A DNA stretch of 64,000 bases, from assembly GCA_040217195.1 (NCBI GenBank), contig JAVJNR010000003.1, positions 576,001 through 640,000 on the forward strand, read 5' to 3'. Made by a program: the position numbers and the translations under genes. Below, in pieces: positions 50,091-62,847 of the stretch (position 1 is its first letter; every line of letters begins with the position of its first letter). The stretch comes from Leptospiraceae bacterium (lineage in GTDB: Bacteria; Spirochaetota; Leptospiria; Leptospirales; Leptonemataceae). The notes under the pieces were generated by a model. It searched no databases. It had not been told where the DNA came from and was given only the letters and a program-made list of their open reading frames with translations.

Positions 50091-51470
50091 ATGAGTTCAA
50101 GAAACCTCCAATTACCGCCCAGGTTTAAAAAAAGCAGCCTCTTTTTTAAGATTCTTTCTATAATCATACTGATTCTGGGCATGGGGTATTTCTATGATTT
50201 CCAGAAAGGTCATCGCCGGTATGCTCAAAATTCAGAGCAGCTCGATTTTCCTGCCTATTACCTGGCCCATAAGATGACCCTGGACCGCCAGAATGTTTAT
50301 TCATTGCCTGAAATCCGAAAAGCTGCAGCCAATCATGGAATTGAATTCAAGATATTCCGCGCAAATCTGTACAGCCCACCGTTTTATCTGTTCATGATTC
50401 CTCTGCCGGAAGTGAGTATGCAGCGGGCACAGAGTGTCTTTGTTTCCATTAAAGCATTCTTAATGACAGCAATAGTCGTATCGATGGCTCTGTACCTGCT
50501 GGGAATGGACCGGTATCGCAAGTTGCCGAACCGGAAGTACTGGGTTTTTCTTTTGACTGGAGTTGGCCTGGCTATACTGCCCACATTGAATCCTCTGGAA
50601 TCTGACTTCAAGGATGGACAGATAAACGTTCTGACATTGGCCACCCTGGTGGTAGCACTTTATACAGAGCGAAAGTATCCGATTGCTTCGGGCCTGGCTT
50701 TGACCATGGGGGCCGTGATCAAGTTATCGCCTCTGTATCTGGGTCTAAAATTAATTCTGGAAAAACGATGGAAGCTTATCGCATCTCTAATTGGCTCCCT
50801 ACTGATTCTTGGTCTGGCCAGTATTGCATATTTTTCCTGGGAGCCGATTCGGTATTACATCCAGGAAGTCCTATTTGGCTTTCTACTTACGGATAAGATT
50901 CCCATGCTGGACTGGCCAGTAAGTCATCCACTGAATCAATCATTCAAGAGTCTATACTCCAGACTTTTTATCTCCAATTTCGCTGTGGAGCCGGCGGGCA
51001 CAGAAGTGCTTTATTACAGCCCACTGCTTGGAAAGGCCCTAACATTCCTTACCAATGCTGGCTGGATTGCATCCTGTATCATGCTCACCCGGTACGTTCG
51101 AAGTATGGTGGAAGATAGATGGAAAAGCAGCCTCCACTTTTCCTACTACGTGGCTGTGATGACCATGGTTTCGCCGCTTACCTGGTATCACCATCAGGTA
51201 GTGCTGATTCTGCCTTTGCTTGTTCTGTTATTTTATGGAATTCTGCATATCCGGGATTCTTATCTTGTGCTGGGCGGTGTGTTAATTGCAGCCTGGTTGT
51301 TCTACTTTCCGCCATTTTATATCTATACGGATTTCCTGGAGAAATGGAATACCATACTCTATAGAGGCTTCTCCGCATTCTATTACATCAAATTGCTGGC
51401 CAATATCATTCTGGCCTTGCTTATTTTTATTGTAATAAAGAAGGAGAAAAATCGCCCCATTGAAGTTTAA
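50091..51470 (+). CDS. Glycosyltransferase family 87 (DUF2029, GT-C) membrane protein
   Basis: DFPAYY, LYSPP, GQIN, IKLSP, NQS, SPLTWYHH. Confidence 0.85.
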   Translation: MSSRNLQLPPRFKKSSLFFKILSIIILILGMGYFYDFQKGHRRYAQNSEQLDFPAYYLAHKMTLDRQNVYSLPEIRKAAANHGIEFKIFRANLYSPPFYLFMIPLPEVSMQRAQSVFVSIKAFLMTAIVVSMALYLLGMDRYRKLPNRKYWVFLLTGVGLAILPTLNPLESDFKDGQINVLTLATLVVALYTERKYPIASGLALTMGAVIKLSPLYLGLKLILEKRWKLIASLIGSLLILGLASIAYFSWEPIRYYIQEVLFGFLLTDKIPMLDWPVSHPLNQSFKSLYSRLFISNFAVEPAGTEVLYYSPLLGKALTFLTNAGWIASCIMLTRYVRSMVEDRWKSSLHFSYYVAVMTMVSPLTWYHHQVVLILPLLVLLFYGILHIRDSYLVLGGVLIAAWLFYFPPFYIYTDFLEKWNTILYRGFSAFYYIKLLANIILALLIFIVIKKEKNRPIEV

Positions 51471-53097
51471 GCGATGGATAGCCCTGTATGTGGTTGAGAT
51501 TGCCTGGCTGTTCTATATGGCTGGCTTGCTTCTGGCCCTGCTACCCTATATTCAGCAACCATTCGAAGAAATGGGCGACATCGCATTGATATCGCGTCAG
51601 GTCCATCTGGCATCTGAATGGGATGTGCTCCGCGGCGCCTATTCTCGCCTTGGTTTTTTTCATATTGGACCCATTTCATTTTACTGGATGGCTCTAATTG
51701 ATTTCATTCTTCCATCCAGTCTTTTCGCGGAGAATTCCCACTATTATCAGTATGCAATTTCAATCTGGTTGGCCAATACATTCATTGGCCTGATTTCTCT
51801 GCGTTCAGCAAGAAGACTTGGACTTTCTATTGGTTCGCGTCTCATGCTCCTGGTTTTTACTATAGTATTCCTATGGCATCTGGGCGGTCATGTATTGTTC
51901 AGTCCCTGGGGGCCCCACCTAACTATACTCCCCATTCTCTGGCTTTGTCTGAATCTGATTCGCGCCGGACAGGCAGACTTTACAGCATTGCCAGGACTGG
52001 CATTATCGTCGATCTGGATTTTACATAGTCATGCCGGCAGTCTTACCTTTCTGGGCCCTTCGCTGGTTTTCCTGTTCTATCTTTGGTACAGACTCTACCG
52101 AAATGGGGAATTGATTATTAGTCGATTGACCTGGCCTTTTACGCTTGGTCTTCTCATAGTGTTTACAGGGATTTCAATTCCAGTCTATGAAGCTTTCATA
52201 AATGATGGAGGCAACCTGAAAGCCATTTTCGAATACCTGGATAAAAACTCCACCTGGCGCAAACCAGGCAAAGCCCTGGTTTTCATGCTTTCTGCCATGG
52301 ATGGTCCCTTTCGCAATGGAATTCCCATCATCGCTCCAGTGGCTGCACTTCTGTATGCAATCTGGGGTCGAAAGAAACTGGAAGTGACCGAGAAGCGAAT
52401 ACTTGCTCTTTGCCTGATTCTTACATTCGGAAGTTTTTATGGAGCCCTGCGAACCCCGGGAGTGCTTGTTCCACATCTGTTTGATCATTTGCTTCCCGTA
52501 AATGCACTCTTATTAGCCATCAATCTTCGACCGTTATTCATGGCCCTGTCCAGGTATCCACTGAAGAACTGGTTCGCCAATAGCAATTCTAAGTTTCAAT
52601 CCAGGGGATTGCTACAGTCCGGGCAGCCCCGGGAAGATTCGAGTCCGCCTGAACAAATACACCCGGGCCGATTTGGTTATTTGATACTTGTATTTCCCTT
52701 TGCTTTGTTGCTTCTTGGGATATCCAGGGATAGTCATCCCCCCGAAAGTAGGTTTCAGCCTGCGGCTATTCTAAATTCCCTGCTCCATCGAGTTGACCTT
52801 AAAGATGCATCCCGGGCCATTTATAGAATTGGCCTAAGTCAGGAAAACCTTGTCCATTGGCCCGGTGCCGCTGGATTGATATTACAGATGGAACGACGGG
52901 GGTACCGGGCCTGCATTGATCCTCCATTTGACATACTCTTTGGTCCGGAAACTCTTTGCCCTGCCAGAGTCAATGGTACGATTCTGATTGAGCCCGCGCC
53001 AGAAAATCCGAAGATGAAACATGGCAATGCATTCATCTACCATAACATCCAGGTCGAATTCAGACCTGAAAATCGGGAAAATGCAGAGATCGAATAA
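51460..53097 (+). CDS. Multi-pass membrane protein, probable GT-C glycosyltransferase
   Basis: GDIA...GAYSRLGFFHIGP...PWGPH; many TM segments. Confidence 0.6.
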   Translation: MKFKRWIALYVVEIAWLFYMAGLLLALLPYIQQPFEEMGDIALISRQVHLASEWDVLRGAYSRLGFFHIGPISFYWMALIDFILPSSLFAENSHYYQYAISIWLANTFIGLISLRSARRLGLSIGSRLMLLVFTIVFLWHLGGHVLFSPWGPHLTILPILWLCLNLIRAGQADFTALPGLALSSIWILHSHAGSLTFLGPSLVFLFYLWYRLYRNGELIISRLTWPFTLGLLIVFTGISIPVYEAFINDGGNLKAIFEYLDKNSTWRKPGKALVFMLSAMDGPFRNGIPIIAPVAALLYAIWGRKKLEVTEKRILALCLILTFGSFYGALRTPGVLVPHLFDHLLPVNALLLAINLRPLFMALSRYPLKNWFANSNSKFQSRGLLQSGQPREDSSPPEQIHPGRFGYLILVFPFALLLLGISRDSHPPESRFQPAAILNSLLHRVDLKDASRAIYRIGLSQENLVHWPGAAGLILQMERRGYRACIDPPFDILFGPETLCPARVNGTILIEPAPENPKMKHGNAFIYHNIQVEFRPENRENAEIE

Positions 53098-54256
53098 ACT
53101 TCCTTTTGCCCGCCCTGATCTGACAGACCTGGAATTTGAAGCAGTGAAACGGGTGATGGAATCTGGCTGGATTACATCGGGACCGGAAACCGATGCCTTT
53201 GAAACGGAATTTGCAGAATTCATTGGAGCCCCGGCTGCGGCAGCCCTGAACTCCGCAACCGCAGCCCTTCATCTGGGACTTGTGGCCCTGGGTATTGGAC
53301 CGGGCGATGTTGTTCTTGTACCCGCATTGACATTTACAGCCACCGCCGAAGTGGTGAGTCGAACAGGGGCCCGACCGGTGCTTCTGGATGTAGATCGTGA
53401 AGATTACTTACTCAGCCCCGCCATTGTGCAGAAATTTCTCGATAGCTGTAAATTAACTACGGAAGGCCCTGTATGCGATGAGGGACGAATAAGAGCCATT
53501 ATTTGCGTACACTATGGCGGTAGAGTCTGCGATCTGGATGGTCTTTTTGAAATCTGCGAAAAAATGGGCCTGGAGCTCCTTCAGGATGCTGCCCACAGCT
53601 TTCCTTCCCGGGATGGCTCCGGTTTTGTGGGTAGAAGAGGTCCGGTCACTGCCTTTAGTTTTTATGCAACCAAGAATATGACCACTGGCGAAGGCGGAAT
53701 GTTAACCGGTGATCGTCCAGAAATCATAGAGCGTGTGCAACAGATGAGATTACATGGTATCGCTACGCCGGCCCATCGGAGGGCTGGCTGGCATTATGAC
53801 GTTGTGGAACAGGGCTATAAATATAACCTTTCGGACATCGCCTCTGCCATCGGCAGAGTGCAAATCAAAAGATCCATGCAAATGTGGGAAAGACGAAAAG
53901 CCATCCATGAGCGATACCAGGCGGCCTTCGCAGAAATTCCAGATATCCGAGTCTGTCCTGAACAGGTGGGCTCCGCTTTTCATCTATACACTCTGGAAAT
54001 CGAGCCAGAAGCAGCCATGGATCGGGATAGGTTCATTTCCGCCCTGGATGAAAAAAAAATTGGTACCGGGCTTCACTTCATCCCTCTCTATCGAATGACT
54101 TATTACAAGGAGCGATATAACCTGAAGGAAGAGACTTTCCCGTCTTGCGAAGAGATATTTGCCAGAATCGTCTCTCTGCCTATCTATAGTGCCATGAGCG
54201 ACCAGGATTGTGAAGATGTAATCCAGGCCGTTCGATCCAGTCTGGGCAGAAGCTAA
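53081..54256 (+). CDS. DegT/DnrJ/EryC1/StrS PLP-dependent sugar aminotransferase
   Basis: SGWITSGP, NSATAALHL, QDAAH, FSFYATKNMTTGEGG, GYKYNLSD. Confidence 0.94.
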   Translation: MQRSNKLPFARPDLTDLEFEAVKRVMESGWITSGPETDAFETEFAEFIGAPAAAALNSATAALHLGLVALGIGPGDVVLVPALTFTATAEVVSRTGARPVLLDVDREDYLLSPAIVQKFLDSCKLTTEGPVCDEGRIRAIICVHYGGRVCDLDGLFEICEKMGLELLQDAAHSFPSRDGSGFVGRRGPVTAFSFYATKNMTTGEGGMLTGDRPEIIERVQQMRLHGIATPAHRRAGWHYDVVEQGYKYNLSDIASAIGRVQIKRSMQMWERRKAIHERYQAAFAEIPDIRVCPEQVGSAFHLYTLEIEPEAAMDRDRFISALDEKKIGTGLHFIPLYRMTYYKERYNLKEETFPSCEEIFARIVSLPIYSAMSDQDCEDVIQAVRSSLGRS

Positions 54257-54275
54257 ACTTCTCGGTCCTGAGATC

Positions 54276-54309
54276 AGCTTCATAGCTTCATAGCTTCATA
54301 GCTTCATAG
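54276..54309. repeat. 8-bp tandem repeat (AGCTTCAT) x4.25
   Basis: Perfect copies between convergent genes. Confidence 0.9.
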
Positions 54310-54386
54310 GAAACGCCCTCCGGCCGCTTGAAAATCGGACGTCTACTTATCTGACTTTTTCTTGCGCTCGATTAGCAGAAAGTTTG

Positions 54387-57300
54387 CTACTGATGCGGTT
54401 GCGAATATGGCCGGGCGGATTCCAGCCTGGATTGCTTTTGCAGCGATCGAGCGAATGGATCTGTCTTCGCACCCGGAAGCATTGCGTCTGCACCCACAAG
54501 AATTCCAAAGCCGTAGCTCGTTTCCCCGGACGGTCCTTCTCCCCTTGCATAGGTTAATCGAATGGCAACGGGCAGATAAAAGATGTTTAGCCCAATGTCT
54601 GTATACAATCCGTAGGAGCGCATCCAGGTATCTTTAAAGACCTGCCTTTCGAATGACTGTCCGTAGTCGTAGAATGGCGCCAGAGAGATGTACCGCAGGC
54701 CCAGGGAAGGCCACCATTTTAGGATACGTCTGGAAAGCCAGAAGAGCGGAAAACGATATTCTGCCGTCAGAACCAGGGCACCTCTTCCATAAGGCGAAAG
54801 CTCCGGCACCAACCCTCGCATATAGGAACTCAATCGCACTCGATATACCTCCGGATCCTTTCCGCTGGTCCAGCGCCCGTTGGCAGATAGGTACGGCACA
54901 TGGTGATCAAAGATGAAAGGCAGAAAGAATTCAAACTGTGCCTCTACACTATAAAATTCGGCGGATTCCTTTCGCTTGCTGTAATCGTCATAGATTACGA
55001 CCCAGGAGTCCGGATAGAAGGCTGCCTCGCCGTACACAGAGAACCCTTTTTCCAGACTTATGGATCGACTATAGGCTACAGCATTACTAATACCATAGCC
55101 AAAAAACACTGAGCTCAGGTTGATGTCCTTCTCCTGAAAGACAAGTGATGCCAGACTATTGGCATTTCGATGCTTCTCATGGTTCACACCGAATGTGTAC
55201 TGCTGATCCACTTCCCGGCCAGGATTCTCACGATCTACGGAGGCACGAACGTATTCAAAATGATAGGTATCATCCAGACAGAGAAAGATAATAGCGCCCC
55301 TGGGTGCATCACAATAGAATTTTCGTTTCTCCATGGTGCTGCGTGCATAGCTCAGATTCAATGAATGCGAAAATCGATTATAACTGTAAGATGCTAAAAA
55401 GTAAGGCGTTTCATCCAGTACTCCCACGCCCAGTCCTATCTGGTGCCTCTGTAAGGGATCAAAGGCCAGGATTCCACTTTCTGCTGCAGAAATGCCAAAT
55501 AGAAGGCCTGCGAAATACGGTCGTACCTCATAAGGACCATTGTAGTTTTCTGTGCTATTCTGGCGAGCCGGCAGAGCGAAATCGGTAAGAGGAGAGCTTT
55601 CTTCCAATCGTTGGAACCCGGAACTTACGTCTCGGTGAAGCAGGTCCCGCTCATTGATCGATATCAAGTCGTATCCATCTGCGAAATAGCGAAATGCATA
55701 GAGGTGATTTCCGTCAGTAACTGGATAGAAAAGGCCCGTAGAGGATTGACTGAGCTGCTCCACGTCTGGCTCCTTCTGCTCCAGAACGGACAGCCATGGT
55801 TTGTTCGATTCTCGATTCAGTCTATAGATTTCGTATACGCCAGTTCTGTCTGAAGTGAAAAGTATTCCACGGTCAGAAAATGAAGGCTGTGCAATCAATC
55901 CCGGGGTAGATGCAAGCACTTCGCAAGAGTTACTCAAAGACGATAGGGAAGACTGATCATTAGAAGCCTTTTCCCTGGTCTGGTTCTGAAATGTTCCACC
56001 CTCGGTCCTGGAGTATAATTTCCAGGGAGTGGGACATCCGATCAGTACCGGATTTCCAGTGCCTTCTTTTCTGTATAGTCCAATGACCAGCGTTCCATCC
56101 GGAGAAAGAACGCTATTGGTTAAGATGCCATGCAGATCAGCCGTTAGAAGGATATGCTCATCGTACAGCCTGCCGGTGGAATCAACTTTGCCAACCATTA
56201 GATGCCTGTACGGGTCTTCGCGTTTGATATAAGCCAGACGATTACCGCTGGCGCTGGGAAATAGAATTCTACTTCCAGGGGCCACTTCCTGAAGAGAAAA
56301 TCCATCTTCTCGATACAACTGATATCTGAGACCTGAAAAATCTGGAAAGCTCTCCTGGGAGGCCAGCAGATACGAATTGGCGGTCCTTCCATTTGCATCA
56401 TTCGCCAATCCATTGTCGCCTAATTCAGGGTTAAGAAAGGTAAATCCACCGGAAGCTCGACTGCGACGAAAATAGGAAAGACTGTGTGACTCCACCGAAG
56501 GCATCTCATTTTCCTCAGGTATTTCCTGAGAAACGCTGAAGATTCCAGAACTGGCAGGCAGAGATCCAAAGAAATAGAGTCTGCCATGGCGGATCTGCAA
56601 GTATTTCTTGCTGAAACCTGTATCTGTTAATCGTCTGTAGGGCGTTTCTAAAGCTGCCTGATTTTGAACTCTAAGCGTTTCCCATTCCTTGTAGAGACCA
56701 TACAATTCCTCCAGATCCGGAAATCCCAGACGGGATAATCTGTAAGAAGAGAGTAGTGGAGCTTCTTCCGATAAATAGAATTCATCCAGTCTATCGCTGG
56801 CGCCGCTTTGCTGAAATGCAGGATATTCCCTCAAGAATTGAACAAATCGCCCGCCGAATAAATAGGGAGTGCTACCAAGAGGCCAACGATGGGTACCAGC
56901 CAGTATCTCCTCCAGTTCAGGAAAGCGGTTTTCCAGTATCGCAGCACGAATAATCATATTCGTGAGAGGATCTTCCAGCCTACCTTTGCCTCTCTGGCTT
57001 TCTTCATATACTGCAAAACCTTCAATCAATCCGGTTGGAGTTAGTGCATTGGGAGGCAATCCAGCAAGAATACGGATTAGCGTATTGGGTAATCCTTCGT
57101 AAGGGTACAGATTTACAATATGAGTGTATTCATGCGTAAAAAGATGATCCTGCCAGAGATTGAATCTGGAGAATTCGCCCGGGGTGGGTGATTGAACATA
57201 GATAGCAACCCTGTTTACCACATAAGTAGATGCAAAAGCATTTACAGTATCTGTTTCTGGAATTAGAATTATATTGGTAACGTCAACGCCAGAGCGAAAC

Positions 57301-57533
57301 CTGCTTTCCAGGGAGATGTGCCGCTCCTGGGCAAGCTCTCCCAGGCGAATAGCATTGTCTAAATAACCCTGAGGATAATGGATGGCAAAATTGGCAGTGC
57401 GATAGGTTCGATAGTCCAGCCCTGGATCCACTAGCGGTTGGGCACTGGAACCACCAGGAAGTCCAGCCAGAACAGTAATCAGAAGACAGGCTCTTAACCA
57501 GCCAGCTCCAGCGAGCAGCCGTAGCCCTCCCAT
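54387..57533 (-). CDS. Outer-membrane protein: gluzincin-like metallopeptidase + TolB/PD40-like propeller + Omp85-like barrel
   Basis: Signal peptide; HEYTH...IEGFAVY; SPDG, FTSDRTGVYEIY; AEYRFP, FYDYG barrel-type strands. Confidence 0.7.
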   Translation of the reverse strand: MGGLRLLAGAGWLRACLLITVLAGLPGGSSAQPLVDPGLDYRTYRTANFAIHYPQGYLDNAIRLGELAQERHISLESRFRSGVDVTNIILIPETDTVNAFASTYVVNRVAIYVQSPTPGEFSRFNLWQDHLFTHEYTHIVNLYPYEGLPNTLIRILAGLPPNALTPTGLIEGFAVYEESQRGKGRLEDPLTNMIIRAAILENRFPELEEILAGTHRWPLGSTPYLFGGRFVQFLREYPAFQQSGASDRLDEFYLSEEAPLLSSYRLSRLGFPDLEELYGLYKEWETLRVQNQAALETPYRRLTDTGFSKKYLQIRHGRLYFFGSLPASSGIFSVSQEIPEENEMPSVESHSLSYFRRSRASGGFTFLNPELGDNGLANDANGRTANSYLLASQESFPDFSGLRYQLYREDGFSLQEVAPGSRILFPSASGNRLAYIKREDPYRHLMVGKVDSTGRLYDEHILLTADLHGILTNSVLSPDGTLVIGLYRKEGTGNPVLIGCPTPWKLYSRTEGGTFQNQTREKASNDQSSLSSLSNSCEVLASTPGLIAQPSFSDRGILFTSDRTGVYEIYRLNRESNKPWLSVLEQKEPDVEQLSQSSTGLFYPVTDGNHLYAFRYFADGYDLISINERDLLHRDVSSGFQRLEESSPLTDFALPARQNSTENYNGPYEVRPYFAGLLFGISAAESGILAFDPLQRHQIGLGVGVLDETPYFLASYSYNRFSHSLNLSYARSTMEKRKFYCDAPRGAIIFLCLDDTYHFEYVRASVDRENPGREVDQQYTFGVNHEKHRNANSLASLVFQEKDINLSSVFFGYGISNAVAYSRSISLEKGFSVYGEAAFYPDSWVVIYDDYSKRKESAEFYSVEAQFEFFLPFIFDHHVPYLSANGRWTSGKDPEVYRVRLSSYMRGLVPELSPYGRGALVLTAEYRFPLFWLSRRILKWWPSLGLRYISLAPFYDYGQSFERQVFKDTWMRSYGLYTDIGLNIFYLPVAIRLTYARGEGPSGETSYGFGILVGADAMLPGAKTDPFARSLQKQSRLESARPYSQPHQ

Positions 57534-57537
57534 ATGG

Positions 57538-59657
<2,120 letters not shown>

Positions 59658-59661
<4 letters not shown>

Positions 59662-60452
59662 GGCTTCCAGATCTTATAGTTTTGCTTGGGCAGGGAAGAC
59701 TTTCTCCATTCCATCCAGGAGCCCAGATAGACGCTTACATGCTTGTAGCCACAGCGAGTCAGTACCAGAGCCATAGTGCTGGAACGAGCTCCGTTAAAAT
59801 CATAGAGTATCGTGGGCCTTTCAGGAATGAGCCCCATGGATCGTATAGCAGTCAGGACATCGGGTCTGGGTCTCAGGTTACCCTTCTTGTCGTACAACCT
59901 TCGCCAGTCGAAATTCATAGAGCCCGGGATTTTGCCGCAGATGGAACCTGGCTCCGGTGATAGCATCCTGGGAACCTTACCTTCATGCTCTTCAGGCGTG
60001 CGAACATCCACCAGCTGAACTTTGGTGAGATTTATCTGAACGTGACTGATGGAGCAGATGCCCTGAAATGTGGTGGGCTTTTCTGCCGGCGGGCTTTCCA
60101 GTAGATCCTGCCCGGGCCCGAGCATGGATGGATCCAGGTCATCAAATTTGCGCGAGAGAATCATGAAATCCTTTATCCCGGCACTATGTAGTAGCCAGCC
60201 CAGTCGAGAGGCATACATGCCCTGCCCTTCGTCGAAGATAAGTATGCCCCGATGCTTCTGCATCCGGTTACGAACATCCTCCACAAATCCAGACAGCTTG
60301 GCCATGGATTGGGGGCCGGAGCCAAAAGGCTTCTTCGCAAAAGATGCTCCTACCGCTCCCTTGATGGTAGACTCCCGGTATTGATTCTCTGACCGGCAAT
60401 CCAGCATTAAAGAATCTTCCGGTATTTCAGGTGTTAGAAAGTTCCAGCTCAA
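59658..60452 (-). CDS. Tandem-rhodanese (sulfurtransferase-fold) protein lacking the catalytic Cys
   Basis: LDCRS..Y...IKGA, VDVRT..E, GKIPG, YLGSWMEW; active-site loop reads YDFNGARS. Confidence 0.8.
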
Positions 60453-60545
60453 CTCAAGTCTCCCATATCAGGCGAAGTACCTGCCCAATGCATGGCTTTT
60501 CGCGATGCGTAAAGCCACGAAATGCAGCGAGGAATCTAAAAACAG

Positions 60546-61631
60546 TCATTTTTTTTGATCCTGCATCTGTTCCAACAAAAACAAAGTGTACTTCCTGGCT
60601 CCACAGTAATCCAAATGATTCCAATCATAAAATTCACTATTGGGAAAATCCTTACCCTCGGACAGATAGACGACCTTTTCGGGATAATCCAGGTTTCCCA
60701 GTATAGACTGGATATCAGAAGATACCTTTGCCGATGGCAATATCTTGTCAACGGTGTCATGCCAGGATTTAGAAAATGGAATCCGGATAAGAACAATTCG
60801 CCCTACATGAGGAGAAGCCAGGTTCAGAAAGTCCTGCCAGGCCTGGACAGCCTCGGGTCGCTCCTTGAATCGGAGGGTAGCAGGCAATGGTTTTAGCTCC
60901 TCGGTGTCGCATCGACTACGGGATGGCTCCTTAAAGTCTCTCCAGGTCCAGAATCCATTGGTACTTCTCAGGATTTCTTCTATGGATTGATTCATTCTTC
61001 GGATGTTTCGCATCTTTTCCAGGAGGGATGGCTCTTTTAGTAATGCCTCTCCTTCTGGAATGCCGTATCCAATACCTGGAAAAGGCCCTGGCTGCACAAT
61101 GAATGAGTTATTGGTGTCCGTGGCAAGGTTTCGAATGGCAGAGTTAAGCCGATAGAGACCAACGCCGGAGAAGACGGTGCCCAGAGCCTCTCCGGCGCTG
61201 CTACCATACAAGTACATTCGATTCGCAGAAGGCCAGCGTACCGAAATAAACTCATGACGATAGTAATTCAAGAATGCATCAAAGACTTCAGTGTGATAGA
61301 GTGAATAAGGACTGATGTTCACAATCAGTGTATCCACCGAATGCTCTTCTAAATATGGAATAAAGGAAATCAATGCCTCGGGTTGAGCACTGGGCAGTCC
61401 CATGTTTATGACCCGACCAGAGTCAGCATTGAATAGATCAGGCCTAATACCACTCATAGCCTGACTATCTCCCAGAATCATTGTTTGGATGGGCTCCCCG
61501 TTCAGTTCCTGAGCACGAAGCATCCATACTGTACGATCCGGATGCTGATAATGCTTCAATTGCTGGCCAGCATAACCTATAATCATTGCGCCTAAAATGC
61601 ATAGGAAAGCCAGACTGAGAAAGCGACGCAT
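60546..61631 (-). CDS. SGNH-like / DUF1574-like protein
   Basis: N-terminal TM; ILGDSQ, INMGLPSAQP, FYDWNHL. Confidence 0.65.
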   Translation of the reverse strand: MRRFLSLAFLCILGAMIIGYAGQQLKHYQHPDRTVWMLRAQELNGEPIQTMILGDSQAMSGIRPDLFNADSGRVINMGLPSAQPEALISFIPYLEEHSVDTLIVNISPYSLYHTEVFDAFLNYYRHEFISVRWPSANRMYLYGSSAGEALGTVFSGVGLYRLNSAIRNLATDTNNSFIVQPGPFPGIGYGIPEGEALLKEPSLLEKMRNIRRMNQSIEEILRSTNGFWTWRDFKEPSRSRCDTEELKPLPATLRFKERPEAVQAWQDFLNLASPHVGRIVLIRIPFSKSWHDTVDKILPSAKVSSDIQSILGNLDYPEKVVYLSEGKDFPNSEFYDWNHLDYCGARKYTLFLLEQMQDQKK

Positions 61632-61710
61632 TCGTCCATTTTGCCTGAAGGGTCAGTGTTCTGCACGAAAAAAAAGTCGACCCTCTGAATAAGATTCCAT
61701 CCTATCGGAT

Positions 61711-62706
61711 ATGCGCCTGGTCTCCCTTCTTCTTGTTCTATTTCTTGCGGGCTGCCAGCTACCGTTCTACAGCCCTCAAAAGAGCAACGTTCACCTGGTA
61801 ATCGATGCCGGATCTTCCGGTACCCGATTTTGCCCCTATCGCATAAGTGAACAATGCATACATCTGGACCTTTCGCAGAATTGCTTTTCCATCCAGGCCT
61901 CCGGGGGGCTGGCGGACCTGAATCCATCAGAAATTCGTCAGGTTATGCAAAGTGGCTTTACGCAGCTACAGGGTATGGACATCGAAAAGACTGTGGTTCT
62001 GGGAACCGGTGGATTTCGCAGGTTACCCTCCCATCTTCAGGCTCAGAAATTGAATTTGGTGGCATCAACGACCAGGGAGTTTTTTGAGCCTTCGGAGGCC
62101 CGAATCCTTACCGGCGAGCAGGAAGCTCAGCTGGCCTATTTGGCCATGGTCGCCTTCCGGGACGGAAAACGGGACCATGTTATTCTAGAAACCGGAGGAG
62201 CTACAGTCCAGCTGGCCGGCCAGGGGTTGAAACCTCGCAGTGTACCCGCCGGACTGAATGCAATTCGAGAACTGAGCGGGCCGCCCCATGCCTGTAAGGA
62301 GAATACGGCCCCTTCCGCAGATCGATTCCTTGAGTGCACCCAGGCTTTAAAGAGGATTCTAAAGAGCAGACCCTGGTATTCCAGTTTCTTTGCCGGCCAG
62401 AAGCCAGAATCCGTGTATACTCTTGGATCCTCCTGGAAATCCATCTATGCTCTGGCCGGAGATTCAGAGTTAACCCTGGAAGAACTCAAAAAACAGGGAA
62501 TTCGAATCTGCAATTCAAGCATTTCGGAGATTGTGGATGCAGGTGTGCCAGAACAGTTTGCACCGGCCAGTTGTTACCTGCACTCCTATCAGTATGCTCT
62601 GACCAGCGAGTTACAGATTGGCAGTTTAAAGGCCGGCGAAGGAAGCTGGCCCCCGGGGGCTGCCATATCTGAATTCTTTTCCGGCTGCAACTCTGCCATA
62701 CAGTAA
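61711..62706 (+). CDS. GDA1/CD39-like nucleoside triphosphate diphosphohydrolase (apyrase) lipoprotein
   Basis: LAGC lipobox; IDAGSSGTR, GTGGFR, ILTGEQEA, ETGGATVQ, SWPPGAA. Confidence 0.7.
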   Translation: MRLVSLLLVLFLAGCQLPFYSPQKSNVHLVIDAGSSGTRFCPYRISEQCIHLDLSQNCFSIQASGGLADLNPSEIRQVMQSGFTQLQGMDIEKTVVLGTGGFRRLPSHLQAQKLNLVASTTREFFEPSEARILTGEQEAQLAYLAMVAFRDGKRDHVILETGGATVQLAGQGLKPRSVPAGLNAIRELSGPPHACKENTAPSADRFLECTQALKRILKSRPWYSSFFAGQKPESVYTLGSSWKSIYALAGDSELTLEELKKQGIRICNSSISEIVDAGVPEQFAPASCYLHSYQYALTSELQIGSLKAGEGSWPPGAAISEFFSGCNSAIQ

Positions 62707-62847
62707 TTGCTTCCCCCCAATCCGAACCAGGCGGCTGCTCCAGGATTGCTATCCTTGCATGCGAAGAGGTACGGACATTTATTGAATGGTTATCTGATTT
62801 TCCGTTGTTAGGCCATAGAGCAAATCATGCAAATCATGCGAAAACCA

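Noticed and set aside
54276..54309. Possible CRISPR array
   Set aside because: No spacers, unit only 8 bp, no cas genes
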